Shown here: piece by piece, positions 46,398 to 57,908 of the stretch | Layout: each line of letters starts with the position of its first letter | Numbering within the stretch: position 1 is the first letter of the stretch | From: Gammaproteobacteria bacterium | Lineage (GTDB): Bacteria; Pseudomonadota; Gammaproteobacteria; JASBUN01 | DNA: 64,000 bases | Reading direction: 5' to 3' | Assembly: GCA_037385045.1 (NCBI GenBank) | Contig: JARRNJ010000007.1 | Location: forward strand, 7,717-71,716 | Notes under the pieces: model-generated | Databases searched by the model: none | Seen by the model: the letters and a program-made list of their open reading frames with translations, nothing else | What the model was told of the DNA's origin: nothing | Position numbers and translations under genes: made by a program

Positions 46398-47252
46398 ATG
46401 CGTTTACGGCTCTTCCCACTCCTGCTGTTTGTGCTGGTCACGGCGATGCCGTTGGCAGCACGGGCTGCCCGCTTGGAAGCCCCGCTGCGCGTCGGGCTTA
46501 CTCCGGTGTTCCTTGACGACCACGTCAACTTCCTGCGGGCGTGGAAGCGGTATCTGGAGGAGCATATCGGACAACCGGTCGAATTCGTGCAGCGCAAGAG
46601 CTACCGGGAAATCAATGAACTGCTGCTGCGCGACGAAATCGACTTTGCGTGGGTTTGCGGGTTTCCCTACGTTCAGCACTGGCACACGTTCCGGTTGGTG
46701 GCTGTGCCGGTTTTCCAGGGTAAGCCGCTGTATCGCTCGTATTTGATTGTTCCCGCCAGCGACCATGTCACCCGCGGCTGGAGAGATCTGCGCGGCAAGG
46801 TGTTCGCGTTTTCCGATCCGGACTCGAACTCGGGTTATCTGTATCCGCAATACCACATGCGTCAGCTTGGCATTGTTCCCCCCCAGTTTTTCCGGGCGTT
46901 CTTTTTTGCCTGGGGGCACCGCAATGTCGTGGAGGCCGTCGCGGCGGGATTGGCGCAAGCCGGTGCCGTGGACGGCTACGTCTGGGAAACCTTAGCGAAA
47001 CAGGACCCCGGACTCACGAAACGAACGCGGGTCGTGGCCCGTTCTCCGCTTTTCGCCTTTCCGCCCATCGTGGCGCGCAACGCCCTGCCACGTGCGGCGG
47101 TGGAGAAATTCCAGAGGACACTGGTGCACATGTCGGACGATCCACAGGGCCGGCGTTTGCTGCGTGAACTGAATCTTGACGGATTTGCGGTGGAACCACC
47201 GGCGCTGTTCGATTCCATCCACCAAATGATGCTGGCGGTACCGTCGAGATGA
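46398..47252 (+). CDS. aioX: periplasmic PhnD-like binding protein, AioX-type arsenite sensor component
   Basis: Signal peptide MRLRLFPLLLFVLVTAMPLAARA and a PhnD-fold (RVGLTPVFLDD, DFAWVCGFPYV, FAFSDPDSNSGYLYP). Position directly upstream of aioSR. An alternative ATG lies at 46356. Confidence 0.8.
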   Translation: MRLRLFPLLLFVLVTAMPLAARAARLEAPLRVGLTPVFLDDHVNFLRAWKRYLEEHIGQPVEFVQRKSYREINELLLRDEIDFAWVCGFPYVQHWHTFRLVAVPVFQGKPLYRSYLIVPASDHVTRGWRDLRGKVFAFSDPDSNSGYLYPQYHMRQLGIVPPQFFRAFFFAWGHRNVVEAVAAGLAQAGAVDGYVWETLAKQDPGLTKRTRVVARSPLFAFPPIVARNALPRAAVEKFQRTLVHMSDDPQGRRLLRELNLDGFAVEPPALFDSIHQMMLAVPSR

Positions 47253-48686
47253 CTGTCTCCCGTTTCGACAGTTATCGCTTTCGCGTACCGCTGAGCCTCG
47301 CGGCCACGGCGGTTTTTTCCACGCTCGTGCTCAGCCTGGTGATAATCTGGCATACCTATGTCAACGTTGAGCAGGATTTGATTGATCATGGCCGCACGCT
47401 CGGTGCGGCAATGGTCGCGGCGCTGGCCCCGGCACTGCAACACGACGACGTGTGGATGGCGTATACTGTGCTTCGCGGCTCTGAGCCATCGGCCGATAAA
47501 TCGGCCGCGGCGTTTGTGGCGATTGATGGACAAGGGCGCATTGTCGCCTCGAGCCGGCCATTTCACTTTCCGGTAGCACGTACCCTTGCCGATGTAGCTC
47601 CCGCGTATCGGGAATTGACTGAACGATGGGCGGACGCCCTGCCCGATCGCTTTACCGTGTATCGGCACGCTCTGCCCGGACAGCTCGTTCTGCTCTCGCC
47701 AATCCAGTCCGACGGTGTCGCCATTGGTGCGCTGCTTACCGTTTATCCGCCGCAGGTGTTTCTGCCGCGTTTTCTGGCCATTGCCAAGCAGGGCACGGTC
47801 TCCGTTGTGCTCATCCTTATTGTGATTGTTCCCCTGGGGTGGTATTGGGGGAAACGCATGGTGCGTCCTCTCATGCGCCTGTCGAGATGCATGTCCCGCG
47901 TTACTCGGGAACCTGTCAGCCAGATCGATTGCACCATTGTGGAGGGAAAGGATGAGATTGGGCAATTGGGGCGCCAGTTCATGCGTATGATGCAGGACTT
48001 GCGTCAGAAGGCGGCGCTCGAGCGGCGGGTGGTGGTTTCGGACAGGTTGGCCGCGGTCGGCCGGTTGGCGGCGGGTGTCGCACACGAAATCAACAACCCG
48101 CTGGGCGGGATGCTGTTGTCGATCGATACCCTGAATCAACGCGGCCGACTTGACGATGATACGCGTCGGTCGCTGTCGCTGATCGAGCGCGGGCTATTGC
48201 AGATTCAGGATACGGTTTCCGCCCTCCTGGTGGAGGCGAGGCTCGAACAGCGGCCGCTCAGTCCCCGGGACATCGAGGATACGCGAATGCTGGTACAAAC
48301 GGATATCCAGCGCAAAGGCGCACGCATGACGTGGACCAACCAAGTATCCGAAGCCGTGCGGTTGCCGGCGACCCTCGTACGCCAAGTCATCATTAACCTC
48401 CTGCTGAACGCGGTCGAGGCGATACCCAGGCAGGGCGCGATCGACTGCCGGTTTGTCCGGCACCCGGACCACCTTGCAATCGAGATCGGAAATGACGGGG
48501 AGATGATCGATCCAAAAGAGCTCGAGCATCTGTTCGAGCCGTACTATTCCACCCGTGAAGGCGGTAATGGCCTGGGGTTGTGGGTAACCTATCAAATCGT
48601 CGAGCAGCTGCACGGTGAGATTTCAGTCGAAACTGTGCCGGGGCGCTGCATCTTTCGCGTGACGCTACCGTACGGCGGAATAGGCT

Positions 48687-48706
<20 letters not shown>
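47249..48706 (+). CDS. aioS: sensor histidine kinase AioS
   Basis: Two TM segments flank a periplasmic loop, followed by HAMP, the H-box AAGVAHEINNPL, and N/G boxes (LLNAVEA, GNGLGLW). Start overlaps the aioX stop (ATGA). Confidence 0.8.
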
Positions 48707-50021
<1,315 letters not shown>

Positions 50022-50238
50022 CCGGATGCGCATGCGCGCCCGGGAGTTGCCCGCGTCAACACGCTCAAGGGCCCCGACAACGCCGCCGGAATGATCCGTT
50101 ACAGGCGCCTGAGCCCGGCTCCCGTTTCTCCGGACGGCCGTGTCGATGGCGTCGCGCGGTTGGCACGCGAGATGAACGCCGTGTCGGGGGTTGGCGTTTT
50201 TCGGCCCATGCGCCGCCCGCCTGCTGCCGCGGAAATCA

Positions 50239-50475
50239 TCAATCCGAAAGCCATGTCTCCACGGTGTTGCGATCCGGCACGCCGCCGCTGTGCACAACCC
50301 GGCCGTCGACGACGACGCCCGGGGTGGACATGACGCCGTAACCCATGATTGCGCCGATGTCCTCCACCTTCTCCAATTCGACTTCGACGCCTTTGGCGTT
50401 CGCCGTCTCTTTGATGAGTTCCAACGTGCGCGAACAGTTGGCGCATCCGCCGCCCAGGACTTTGATGTTTCTCAT
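50239..50475 (-). CDS. small thioredoxin-fold protein (CxxC, redox-active disulfide protein 2-like)
   Basis: 78 aa: MRNIKVLGGGCANCSRTLELIKE..GVMSTPGVVVDGRVVHSGGVP. This family is commonly linked to ars permease genes. Confidence 0.7.
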   Translation of the reverse strand: MRNIKVLGGGCANCSRTLELIKETANAKGVEVELEKVEDIGAIMGYGVMSTPGVVVDGRVVHSGGVPDRNTVETWLSD

Positions 50476-50612
50476 TGCGTGACTCCTTTGGGTATGTGAC
50501 CTGTATTCACCCGCAATCCTGACTATTGCAGAGGTATTCAAACGCGGAGACGACCATTTGCCGTTGATCGAATCCTACGGAACGACTCATGGCCCGCGCT
50601 CGCCATACAGGC

Positions 50613-51578
50613 CTATCCATGGATGGTGGCGAGGTTGAAACCCCAGCCCACGAGCGTGAACGCGACCGCCAGCACTGCGGCGAAAAGCGCCAATGCCGGC
50701 CAGCGGATAACTTTGCGCAGAATGATCATCTCGGGAAGCGAAAGCGCGGCAATACTCATCATGAAGGCCAACGTCGTGCCGACAGCCACGCCTTTGCTCA
50801 GCATTGCCTCGGCCACCGGAATCACGCCCGTGGCGTTGGAATACAGCGGTACGCCCAACAGAACGGCCCCGGGCACCGCCAACCAGTTTCCCTTGCCTCC
50901 CAGATGCGCGCTCACCCAGCCTTCCGGCGCGTAGCCGTGGAACAGTGCGCCCAGGGCGATACCGGCCAGCACCCACTTCCACAGGCGCCGGACAATCTCC
51001 TTCACCTCACCCCAGGCATAGCGGTGGCGCCCCGCCAGCGTGGTGTCCGGCTCGACGGGCGCGGCTTCGCCCATATGGATCTGCCAGACATACGCCTCCA
51101 CCCAGCGTTCGGGCCGGAAGCGCTCGATGATGATACCGCCTGCGTACGCCACTCCCAGCCCCGCGGCAACGTACATGGCGGTGAGCTGCCAACCCAGGAC
51201 ACCCAGCAAAACGACCACTGCCACCTCGTTGATCATGGGGCTCGCGATCAGAAAGGAAAACGTGACACCCAGCGGTATGCCCGCTTCGACGAAGCCGATG
51301 AACAACGGCACCGACGAGCAGGAGCAAAACGGCGTGACCGCCCCCAGCGTGACGGCCGCGGTGCGCGCCAGCCACTTGGGTTTGCCACGCACGTAGCTGC
51401 GCACGCGCTCCGGCGACAACAGCGCACGCAGGAGGCCCATCACGTAGATGATCGCCACCAGCAGCACGAAAATCTTCGCGGTGTCCATCACGAAAAAGTG
51501 AACGGTCGTGCCCAGGTGACCGGTCGGCGTGAGGCCGAGCCATCGGTAGACGATCAGACTTGCAAACGCATCAAACAC
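50613..51578 (-). CDS. ArsP-like permease (DUF318 family)
   Basis: 321-aa polytopic protein with the vicinal-cysteine motif TPFCSCSSVPLF typical of ArsP-type organoarsenical permeases. Downstream of arsR. Confidence 0.7.
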   Translation of the reverse strand: MFDAFASLIVYRWLGLTPTGHLGTTVHFFVMDTAKIFVLLVAIIYVMGLLRALLSPERVRSYVRGKPKWLARTAAVTLGAVTPFCSCSSVPLFIGFVEAGIPLGVTFSFLIASPMINEVAVVVLLGVLGWQLTAMYVAAGLGVAYAGGIIIERFRPERWVEAYVWQIHMGEAAPVEPDTTLAGRHRYAWGEVKEIVRRLWKWVLAGIALGALFHGYAPEGWVSAHLGGKGNWLAVPGAVLLGVPLYSNATGVIPVAEAMLSKGVAVGTTLAFMMSIAALSLPEMIILRKVIRWPALALFAAVLAVAFTLVGWGFNLATIHG

Positions 51579-51710
51579 GGCGGTATGGACGGCTCATCGC
51601 GGGGCGTCTCGCTGATCAACGAGGCGGGAGATCGTGGCGGCCGGAAATCGCGCCTGTTGTTCCGCGCAGCGCATCTGAGGCACGGTCAACGGGCCGCGAA
51701 TCCGGGCCGA

Positions 51711-52064
51711 TCACGCCCAGCACGACGCCCCGGGCCGGTTGGGCATCGCCTGGAGCGCGGCGTGGTCGTCAGCGTAGAGGGGTTGGTCGGCGAGTCCTGC
51801 GGCCGTCGCCGCCAGCACCTGGTGGACCCATTCGGGCACAGCGGCGTTAATGCGGTAGTACACCCATGCGCCCTGGCGCCGATGCTCAACCAATCCCGTT
51901 TGGCGCATCTGTGCCAGGTGGCGAGAGATCATCGGCTGCGAAACCCCGAACGCGTGGGTCAGCTCGCATACGCACAGTTCACCTTCCCGATGAAGAAGCA
52001 ATAGCGCCCGCAACCGCAGCGGGTGGGCCAGGGTGGGAAACAGGGCGTCGGCGTCAATATGCAT
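51711..52064 (-). CDS. arsR: ArsR/SmtB-family metalloregulator
   Basis: LAHPLRLRALLLLHREGELCVCELTHAFGVSQPMISRHLAQMRQTGLV. Carries an ELCVCEL As(III)-site-like motif. ATG at 52064. Confidence 0.85.
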   Translation of the reverse strand: MHIDADALFPTLAHPLRLRALLLLHREGELCVCELTHAFGVSQPMISRHLAQMRQTGLVEHRRQGAWVYYRINAAVPEWVHQVLAATAAGLADQPLYADDHAALQAMPNRPGASCWA

Positions 52065-52072
52065 GTCTACTA

Positions 52073-52108
52073 ATATACGGTTGACAATATATAATGTCAA
52101 CCGTATAT
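52073..52108. promoter_or_regulatory. 36-bp palindrome (14-bp perfect arms) overlapping the -35/-10 hexamers; candidate ArsR operator/promoter
   Basis: ATATACGGTTGACA-atatataa-TGTCAACCGTATAT. On the minus strand this gives TTGACA-N17-TATATT, with the -10 ending 8 nt before the arsR ATG. Confidence 0.6.
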
Positions 52109-52217
52109 CATGCCGGCGCCCAGTCGCGGATATTCAGTTGCCGCAACGAACCCGGTGGTGCCAGAGCCCCCTACCCTGCAGATCCCCGTAGCGCATGCGC
52201 TGGGACCTTCAATCGCC

Positions 52218-53147
52218 TCACTCGCCTGTGGATTTGGTCGCACCCGCCGGTGCGATCCGCACGAGCACGCGCTCGCCGACATGTGCGTCGACTGGTTTCA
52301 GGAAATGAAGTACGCATGTGACTGTGCGCGTGTAGGCGTGCTGCGACGGATTCTCAGTCAGAGTCGACGGTCGGAACACTTTTCCGACTCGCACGACGCG
52401 CGCCTTTCCGACTGGGGTTTCCGTATCGTTATCGAGCAGGACTTGGGCGGTCATGCCCGCATGCACCGCGCCGGCGAACTCGCTGTTAAGTTCGGCGACG
52501 ACGATGCGCGGACGGTCCGGCAACAGAGTGAACATGGGACCCGACTGCGGTGAGACTGTTTCGCCCGGCTGCACATGCACCTTGACCAGGTACCCCGCCA
52601 CCGGCGCCTCCAATATGTGTTGAGCCAGTGCATAACGGGCTTCATCCAGCTGCCCGCGGGCGACCGTGGCGGCGGCCTGAGCGGCCGCGTGCCGGGCGCT
52701 GAGCTGCCGGACCTGAGCGGCTGCATCGATCGCATTCTGGCCGGCGTCGGCACCGGCTGCCGCGGCCTGCCCCAGGATCTGTGCGCGTTTGCGGGCGGCT
52801 TCCAGGCGAACCTCAGCCAGGCGAACCTCGGCCCGCGCCTCTTCCAAGCGGCCCTTGGCGACGGTAATGGCAGCCTTGGCTCCGGCTGACTGCAGCTTGG
52901 ACAAGGATTGGCCGCGATGCACATGATCCCCGGCATGGGCCAATACGGAGGCGATGACACCAGGTTGCGCCGAACTCAACTGCAGCATCCCGCCCTCCAC
53001 GTCAATGCGCCCGCGGGCCACAGCTGCATAACGGGGCGTGGACGCCTGCACCGCCGGTGGATCCGCGTGGCGATCTGAACAGCCGGCCACTGAAGCCAGG
53101 ACACCGATCAGCAGGGATGCAACGGTACGAGCACGCAGTTTCTTCAT
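52218..53147 (-). CDS. HlyD/MacA-family periplasmic adaptor lipoprotein
   Basis: Lipobox MKKLRARTVASLLIGVLASVAGC. Coiled-coil Ala/Gln-rich hairpin and barrel-sandwich halves (GVIASVLAHAGDHVHRGQSL; APVAGYLVKVHVQPGETV). Confidence 0.8.
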   Translation of the reverse strand: MKKLRARTVASLLIGVLASVAGCSDRHADPPAVQASTPRYAAVARGRIDVEGGMLQLSSAQPGVIASVLAHAGDHVHRGQSLSKLQSAGAKAAITVAKGRLEEARAEVRLAEVRLEAARKRAQILGQAAAAGADAGQNAIDAAAQVRQLSARHAAAQAAATVARGQLDEARYALAQHILEAPVAGYLVKVHVQPGETVSPQSGPMFTLLPDRPRIVVAELNSEFAGAVHAGMTAQVLLDNDTETPVGKARVVRVGKVFRPSTLTENPSQHAYTRTVTCVLHFLKPVDAHVGERVLVRIAPAGATKSTGE

Positions 53148-53896
53148 TGGGCAATTCCAGTCGAAGCAGTGTCGGCCGGTGGTGGCGATAAATGGCGATC
53201 GGCAAGGATGCGGCCGTCTTCCATCTTGAGCACCCGATCGGCGTGACCGATCAGCCGCGGATCGTGGCTTACGCACAAAACCGTGGTACCGTGCCGGCGT
53301 GCAATACGGTGCAGCATGTCGACGACCATCTGGCCGTTGGTGGCATCGAGCGAGCTGGTGGGCTCGTCGGCGAAAAGCAGAGCCGGCTCCTTGGCCAGAG
53401 CACGGGCGATAGCCACGCGTTGTTTCTCGCCGCCGGAGAGTTCGATGGGCCGCAACTGCATGCGTGGTCGCATGCCAACCTCCGCCAACGCCGCCTCCGC
53501 CCGTTGCCGGGCCTCCTGACGGCCGAGGCCCAGGTAGCCCAAAGGCAAAACCACTTGCTCGAACGCGGTCAGCGCCGGGAACAGGTTGAATCCCTGAAAC
53601 ACGAAGCCGGTATGATGCAGGCGGAAACGTTCCACCGCTCGCTTGCTCATGCCCTCGAGGTGCTCACCGAGGGCCCGTACACTGCCGCTGTCGGCGCGCT
53701 GCAAACCACTGAGGATCGACAGCAGTGTGCTCTTGCCGCAGCCGGATGGGCCCGAAATCAACGTCATCTCGCCACCGGCAACTGTCAGTGACAGGTCGCA
53801 TAGTACCGTGGTGGTGATGCGCCCCGACTGAAACGACTTCGAAACATGCTCTGCGACCAGGACCGGCTTTCCATCGTTGGCGACGTGAGTGTTCAT
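53144..53896 (-). CDS. ABC transporter ATP-binding protein (MacB/LolD-type)
   Basis: Walker A GPSGCGKSTL, signature LSGGEKQRVAIARAL, Walker B LLFADEPTSSLD. Confidence 0.9.
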   Translation of the reverse strand: MNTHVANDGKPVLVAEHVSKSFQSGRITTTVLCDLSLTVAGGEMTLISGPSGCGKSTLLSILSGLQRADSGSVRALGEHLEGMSKRAVERFRLHHTGFVFQGFNLFPALTAFEQVVLPLGYLGLGRQEARQRAEAALAEVGMRPRMQLRPIELSGGEKQRVAIARALAKEPALLFADEPTSSLDATNGQMVVDMLHRIARRHGTTVLCVSHDPRLIGHADRVLKMEDGRILADRHLSPPPADTASTGIAQ

Positions 53897-53900
53897 GGGT

Positions 53901-55034
53901 TCACCTCAACAATGTCGCCGGATCGGCACGCCGCAGGCTGTTCATCGACAGGAGACCCGAAACGGCTGCCAGCGCCAAAATGACCACAACGCACGCCAGG
54001 GTCACCGATCCGTCGAGTACGACCGGCACGTCTTCACTGTGAGCAAAGACAATCAAGATGGCGCCGAGCACGGCGGCGCCGGCCAGCCCGATTGCGCCCA
54101 CCCAGAAGGCCTGTTCCAAGACCACCCAGCGCAGGGCGCGTACACCCACACCCAGTGCATTGAGCGTTGCGTATTCACGAATCGAACCCACCACAGCCGC
54201 GGCCAGTGCCTGGCTGGTAATCATTGCGCCGACGAGAAACACGATGGCAGCCAGGAACAACACGCCGGCACCGGCACCGGTATCAAACAGCCAGAACAGC
54301 ATTGACCGGTGGGCGAAAGCTGTACTCGTCCATGCCTGATAGGGACCGAAGCCGTTATGCCCCCGCAACGCGGCGGCTACTTGATCGGCCCGGGCCGGGT
54401 CGGCCAGCTTGGCCACCAGGTAGGTCGGGCGGCCGGCATCCGTGGGGTCGGCGTCAAGCCGCCGCGCGGTCGCCAGTGAGGTCACTACGTTGACACCGCC
54501 CAGCGCGCGCAGACCGCTCGCGACACCGGCTACGCGCACTCGGTGCCCGTTGACGCTGGCGCTCGAGCCGACCGACACTCCCAGCTTGCCCAGGTCCGCG
54601 CGATCGACGATTACCGCGTCGGGTTCCTTCAGCCGCGCGCGCAATGACGGCGGCAATACGCGGGCGAACATCAGGCCATTGGCGCTGGGGTTGATGCCGG
54701 ATACAAACACCGACACACCGCCGGTACCGGCGCTGCCGTGCCAGTCGCCGTTAATCCAGATGAACGGCTCGACCTGCCGCACCGCCCGGTTCATGTACAG
54801 CAACGTGGCGACATCGGGGGAGATGCTGCGGCCCTGGTCGACGCTCTGGGTCCCAGGGTAGCCGACCCAGATGTCGGCGTCCGAACCTGTTATATACACC
54901 GCGGCACCCCCGAAAATGCCCAGCACCAACGCCGCCTGCAGCAATTGCAGCAGGCCGGCAAAGCCGATTGCCAGCACTGCGGGCAGAAACCGGCGCCACT
55001 CGTAAATGAGGGTTTTGCGGGCCAGGGCGACCAT
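53901..55034 (-). CDS. ABC transporter permease (FtsX/DevC-like)
   Basis: 377 aa. N-terminal TM segment, a large periplasmic loop and three C-terminal TM segments (FtsX-like). Start overlaps the upstream stop (TAATG). Confidence 0.8.
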   Translation of the reverse strand: MVALARKTLIYEWRRFLPAVLAIGFAGLLQLLQAALVLGIFGGAAVYITGSDADIWVGYPGTQSVDQGRSISPDVATLLYMNRAVRQVEPFIWINGDWHGSAGTGGVSVFVSGINPSANGLMFARVLPPSLRARLKEPDAVIVDRADLGKLGVSVGSSASVNGHRVRVAGVASGLRALGGVNVVTSLATARRLDADPTDAGRPTYLVAKLADPARADQVAAALRGHNGFGPYQAWTSTAFAHRSMLFWLFDTGAGAGVLFLAAIVFLVGAMITSQALAAAVVGSIREYATLNALGVGVRALRWVVLEQAFWVGAIGLAGAAVLGAILIVFAHSEDVPVVLDGSVTLACVVVILALAAVSGLLSMNSLRRADPATLLR

Positions 55035-56476
55035 TACGGCGCCTGCTTACCGGAACCGGCGGCTGTATCGTCGCTCGCCGGCAGTGGTGGCGCTCCCCCC
55101 AGGGCCTTGTACAACGCCACATAGCCAATGTCACGGTCGCGACGAGCGGCGGCGAGCTTTAGTTCAGCCTTGGTGCTGGCGATGTCGATTCTTGCACTTT
55201 CCAGGTCGCTGGCCAGGCCGAGGCGGCGCCGCGTGCGTTGCACGATTCGGGCGTTCTTCCAAACGGCACAGACCTGCCGGATGGCATCCTCGCGATGACG
55301 CTGTTCCCCGAGGTTGCCGAGCGCAGTCTCGACGTCAGCCACTCCCGCCAGCACCGCCTTGCGGTAGGCCAGCACCGCGGCTTTGAGTTCGTCGCTCTGA
55401 GCGGTTTCCCGTGCTTTGCGCATGCCCCAATCGAACAGTGGGATGTCGATGATCGGACCAACGGTGCCGATATCATTGGTGCCGCCGGTGGGGCGGTAGG
55501 TGGCGATGTTGGTAGACCACAACAGCGACGTACCGAGACCGATACGCGGCATCCGATTCGCATGCGCGATGCCGAGTTCGCCCGCCGCCTGAAGTACGCG
55601 CGCCCGTGCGCGGGCGATCTCCGGCCGCGAGCGCAACAGGTCCGCCGGAGCCTCAATCGGTCCGTCCGGGCCCAGAGCCGGCAGGGTCCCCGGTTTAAGC
55701 CAGGTTGCATCGGGTTCATCGCGCCCCAATAACACCGCCAGGCGCTCGGCGGCGGCGTTCAAGGCCGCCCGCGGCCCGCTAAGCGCGGCCCGGGCGGCCG
55801 CCACCCTCGCATTGGCTTGGGCCAACGCGGTCGGGCTGTCCAGGTGCAGCTTGACTCGGGTCTGCTCGAGCTTGGCCTGACGCCGGCGGGCATCGACAAT
55901 CCGCTGCAACAGCTGTTCGCGGCGCTGGGCGGCACGCAACTGGATAAACTCGCGCACCACTTCGGCTACCAGCGAGACGCGCACTTCGCGCAGAGCCGCG
56001 TCGGCCTCGCCGAGTCGGCCGGCAGCGATGCGATCGGTGGCCGCGCCGCGACCGAATAGGCCCAACTCCCACGTCGCATCGAAGCCGATCACAAAATACG
56101 ACGCACTCGCATCCGGATCGATCGGGTCGTCTGTACGCGCACGCAACTGCGGCTGGTTGGGCGCTCGATGCACACGATACAAGGCGCGCTCCGCGCGCAG
56201 CCGGTATAAGGCGCCGGCGGCGTCCGGGTTGGATTTCAAAGCTGAATCGACCAGGTGGTTCAACGCCGGATCGTCAAAGGCCTTCCACCAGCCGTGGAGG
56301 TCCACGGGCGGAACCCCCGGCTTACCCTCCTGATGGCGCCAATGGGAGACGGTTTCCCGGTCGAGCTTCGGAATCGGTGCAACGGCGCAGCCACCCAGGG
56401 CCGCGATCAGCGCCAGTACCACGCTGCGGGTACACCATGATCGAGGACGGGTTGAGTATTGCCGGATCCGGCACAT
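55034..56476 (-). CDS. outer-membrane efflux lipoprotein (NodT/TolC family)
   Basis: Lipobox VVLALIAALGGC. Two OEP repeats with coiled-coil segments. The start at 56476 was chosen at the signal peptide. Confidence 0.85.
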   Translation of the reverse strand: MCRIRQYSTRPRSWCTRSVVLALIAALGGCAVAPIPKLDRETVSHWRHQEGKPGVPPVDLHGWWKAFDDPALNHLVDSALKSNPDAAGALYRLRAERALYRVHRAPNQPQLRARTDDPIDPDASASYFVIGFDATWELGLFGRGAATDRIAAGRLGEADAALREVRVSLVAEVVREFIQLRAAQRREQLLQRIVDARRRQAKLEQTRVKLHLDSPTALAQANARVAAARAALSGPRAALNAAAERLAVLLGRDEPDATWLKPGTLPALGPDGPIEAPADLLRSRPEIARARARVLQAAGELGIAHANRMPRIGLGTSLLWSTNIATYRPTGGTNDIGTVGPIIDIPLFDWGMRKARETAQSDELKAAVLAYRKAVLAGVADVETALGNLGEQRHREDAIRQVCAVWKNARIVQRTRRRLGLASDLESARIDIASTKAELKLAAARRDRDIGYVALYKALGGAPPLPASDDTAAGSGKQAP

Positions 56477-56981
56477 CAATGTATATGGCAAACGTGCACG
56501 CCTCTGAAGATCCCTCCGACAGCCCCCTGACCGGGCAGGTTTCCGAGTCAGCGGCGACAGCGCATCTGCATAAGGCCACGGGCCGATGAGCCAAAAAGGC
56601 ACCTATCGGAGATGGGCCGGTACCGAAATCGTTGCGGGAAATATCCGAATTGCCGACAACGAGCTGCCTTGCTCCACCAACTTCGTAGTTGGAAGAACCC
56701 ACGGGGCCATCCAACGACATCGTACGGCTCGCAGCCAACTCAGCCAATTTTCATGGGTAATTTTACCATTGTTTCCGTTTTCCGGACCAATCTGCACCAT
56801 ACCGATTCGTAATGTTGGGTCCGGAAAAGATTACATGCGCCAGTCGCCCCATTTGCCACTCCGGTTCCGAACGGGGAAGAGCGGAACCTGGCGACCAACG
56901 CTGCTCCGCCGCAGCCCGTGAAGACGTCGCCGTGTCAGGGTGATGCGAAAAGACTCGCTTATTCGGAGAGCGATCGTCTGT

Positions 56982-57644
56982 TCACAAGCCCAGTTGCTCC
57001 AGCTGCAGGATGCGAACACCGCGCCGGGCCCAATCGGCCCGCAGCGCATCGTCGTCACCTGCATCAATCGAGCGGGTCAGGTCCCAGATTACCGACACCC
57101 GAAATCCGTCCTCCACCGCGTCCTCCACGCTCCATTTGACGCAGTAGTCCCGCGCCAGGCCAATGACGACGATCTCCTCCATGCCGCGGTCGCGAAGATA
57201 GCCGGCCAGCCCGGTCCTGGGCCGGTCGCCGTTGGGTCCCCAGTTGTTACGGAAGGCGCTGTAGGAGTCGACCGCCGGATCGGTCGCTTTGCGAACGATC
57301 ACGTCAACCCTCTCCCACGGAATGGCGGGATGCAACTGAGCGCCGTCGGTATTCTGAACGCAATGGTCCGGCCACAGCACCTGTTGGTGGCCGTACAGTT
57401 CGATGCGGTCCATGGGCGCGTGTCCGGGGTGGCTGCTGGCGAAGGAGATATGCCCCGGCGGATGCCAGTCCTGCGTCGCGGCGCAGTGACGAAATCCGCC
57501 GCCGGACAGCAAACGGACCGTGGGTTCCACGATCTGGTCGCCGCCCGGCACCGCCAGCGCACCGCCGGGCATGAAGTCGGGTTGGATGTCCGTCAACAGC
57601 AGCACGGTGTGCTCGCGATCAATCGAAAGGCTTTGCCCGGCCAT
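56982..57644 (-). CDS. pncA: nicotinamidase/pyrazinamidase (isochorismatase family)
   Basis: LLLTDIQPDFMPGGALAV, ATQDWHPPGHISF, VVIGLARDYCVKWS (catalytic Cys context). Confidence 0.85.
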   Translation of the reverse strand: MAGQSLSIDREHTVLLLTDIQPDFMPGGALAVPGGDQIVEPTVRLLSGGGFRHCAATQDWHPPGHISFASSHPGHAPMDRIELYGHQQVLWPDHCVQNTDGAQLHPAIPWERVDVIVRKATDPAVDSYSAFRNNWGPNGDRPRTGLAGYLRDRGMEEIVVIGLARDYCVKWSVEDAVEDGFRVSVIWDLTRSIDAGDDDALRADWARRGVRILQLEQLGL

Positions 57645-57908
57645 GCCCCTCCTCCGAGTACGGACTTCTGTCCGCGTGCTTCCCGGTCCAACTATAGACG
57701 GGCAGCCGGTACGCCAACAGGCGCGCCCCGCCGGGCAGCCACGGCATCGACGCCGTTACCACTGCATTCACGAAGACACCGGAACGGCAACGACTGGTGC
57801 CGTGCGACGCCAGCGCGCCAACGGCAGCGTCGGCAGGACAGATAAATGCGAAGATCGGGACTGAGGGCGGAGCCGCGTACCGACGGCGGTTGGGTGGACG
57901 GTTCGAGT

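Noticed and set aside
52110-52553. Plus-strand ORF downstream of the plus-facing half of the arsR palindrome promoter
   Set aside because: It lies antisense to the HlyD-family adaptor gene and has no recognisable domain. The plus-facing hexamers are a by-product of the palindrome symmetry.
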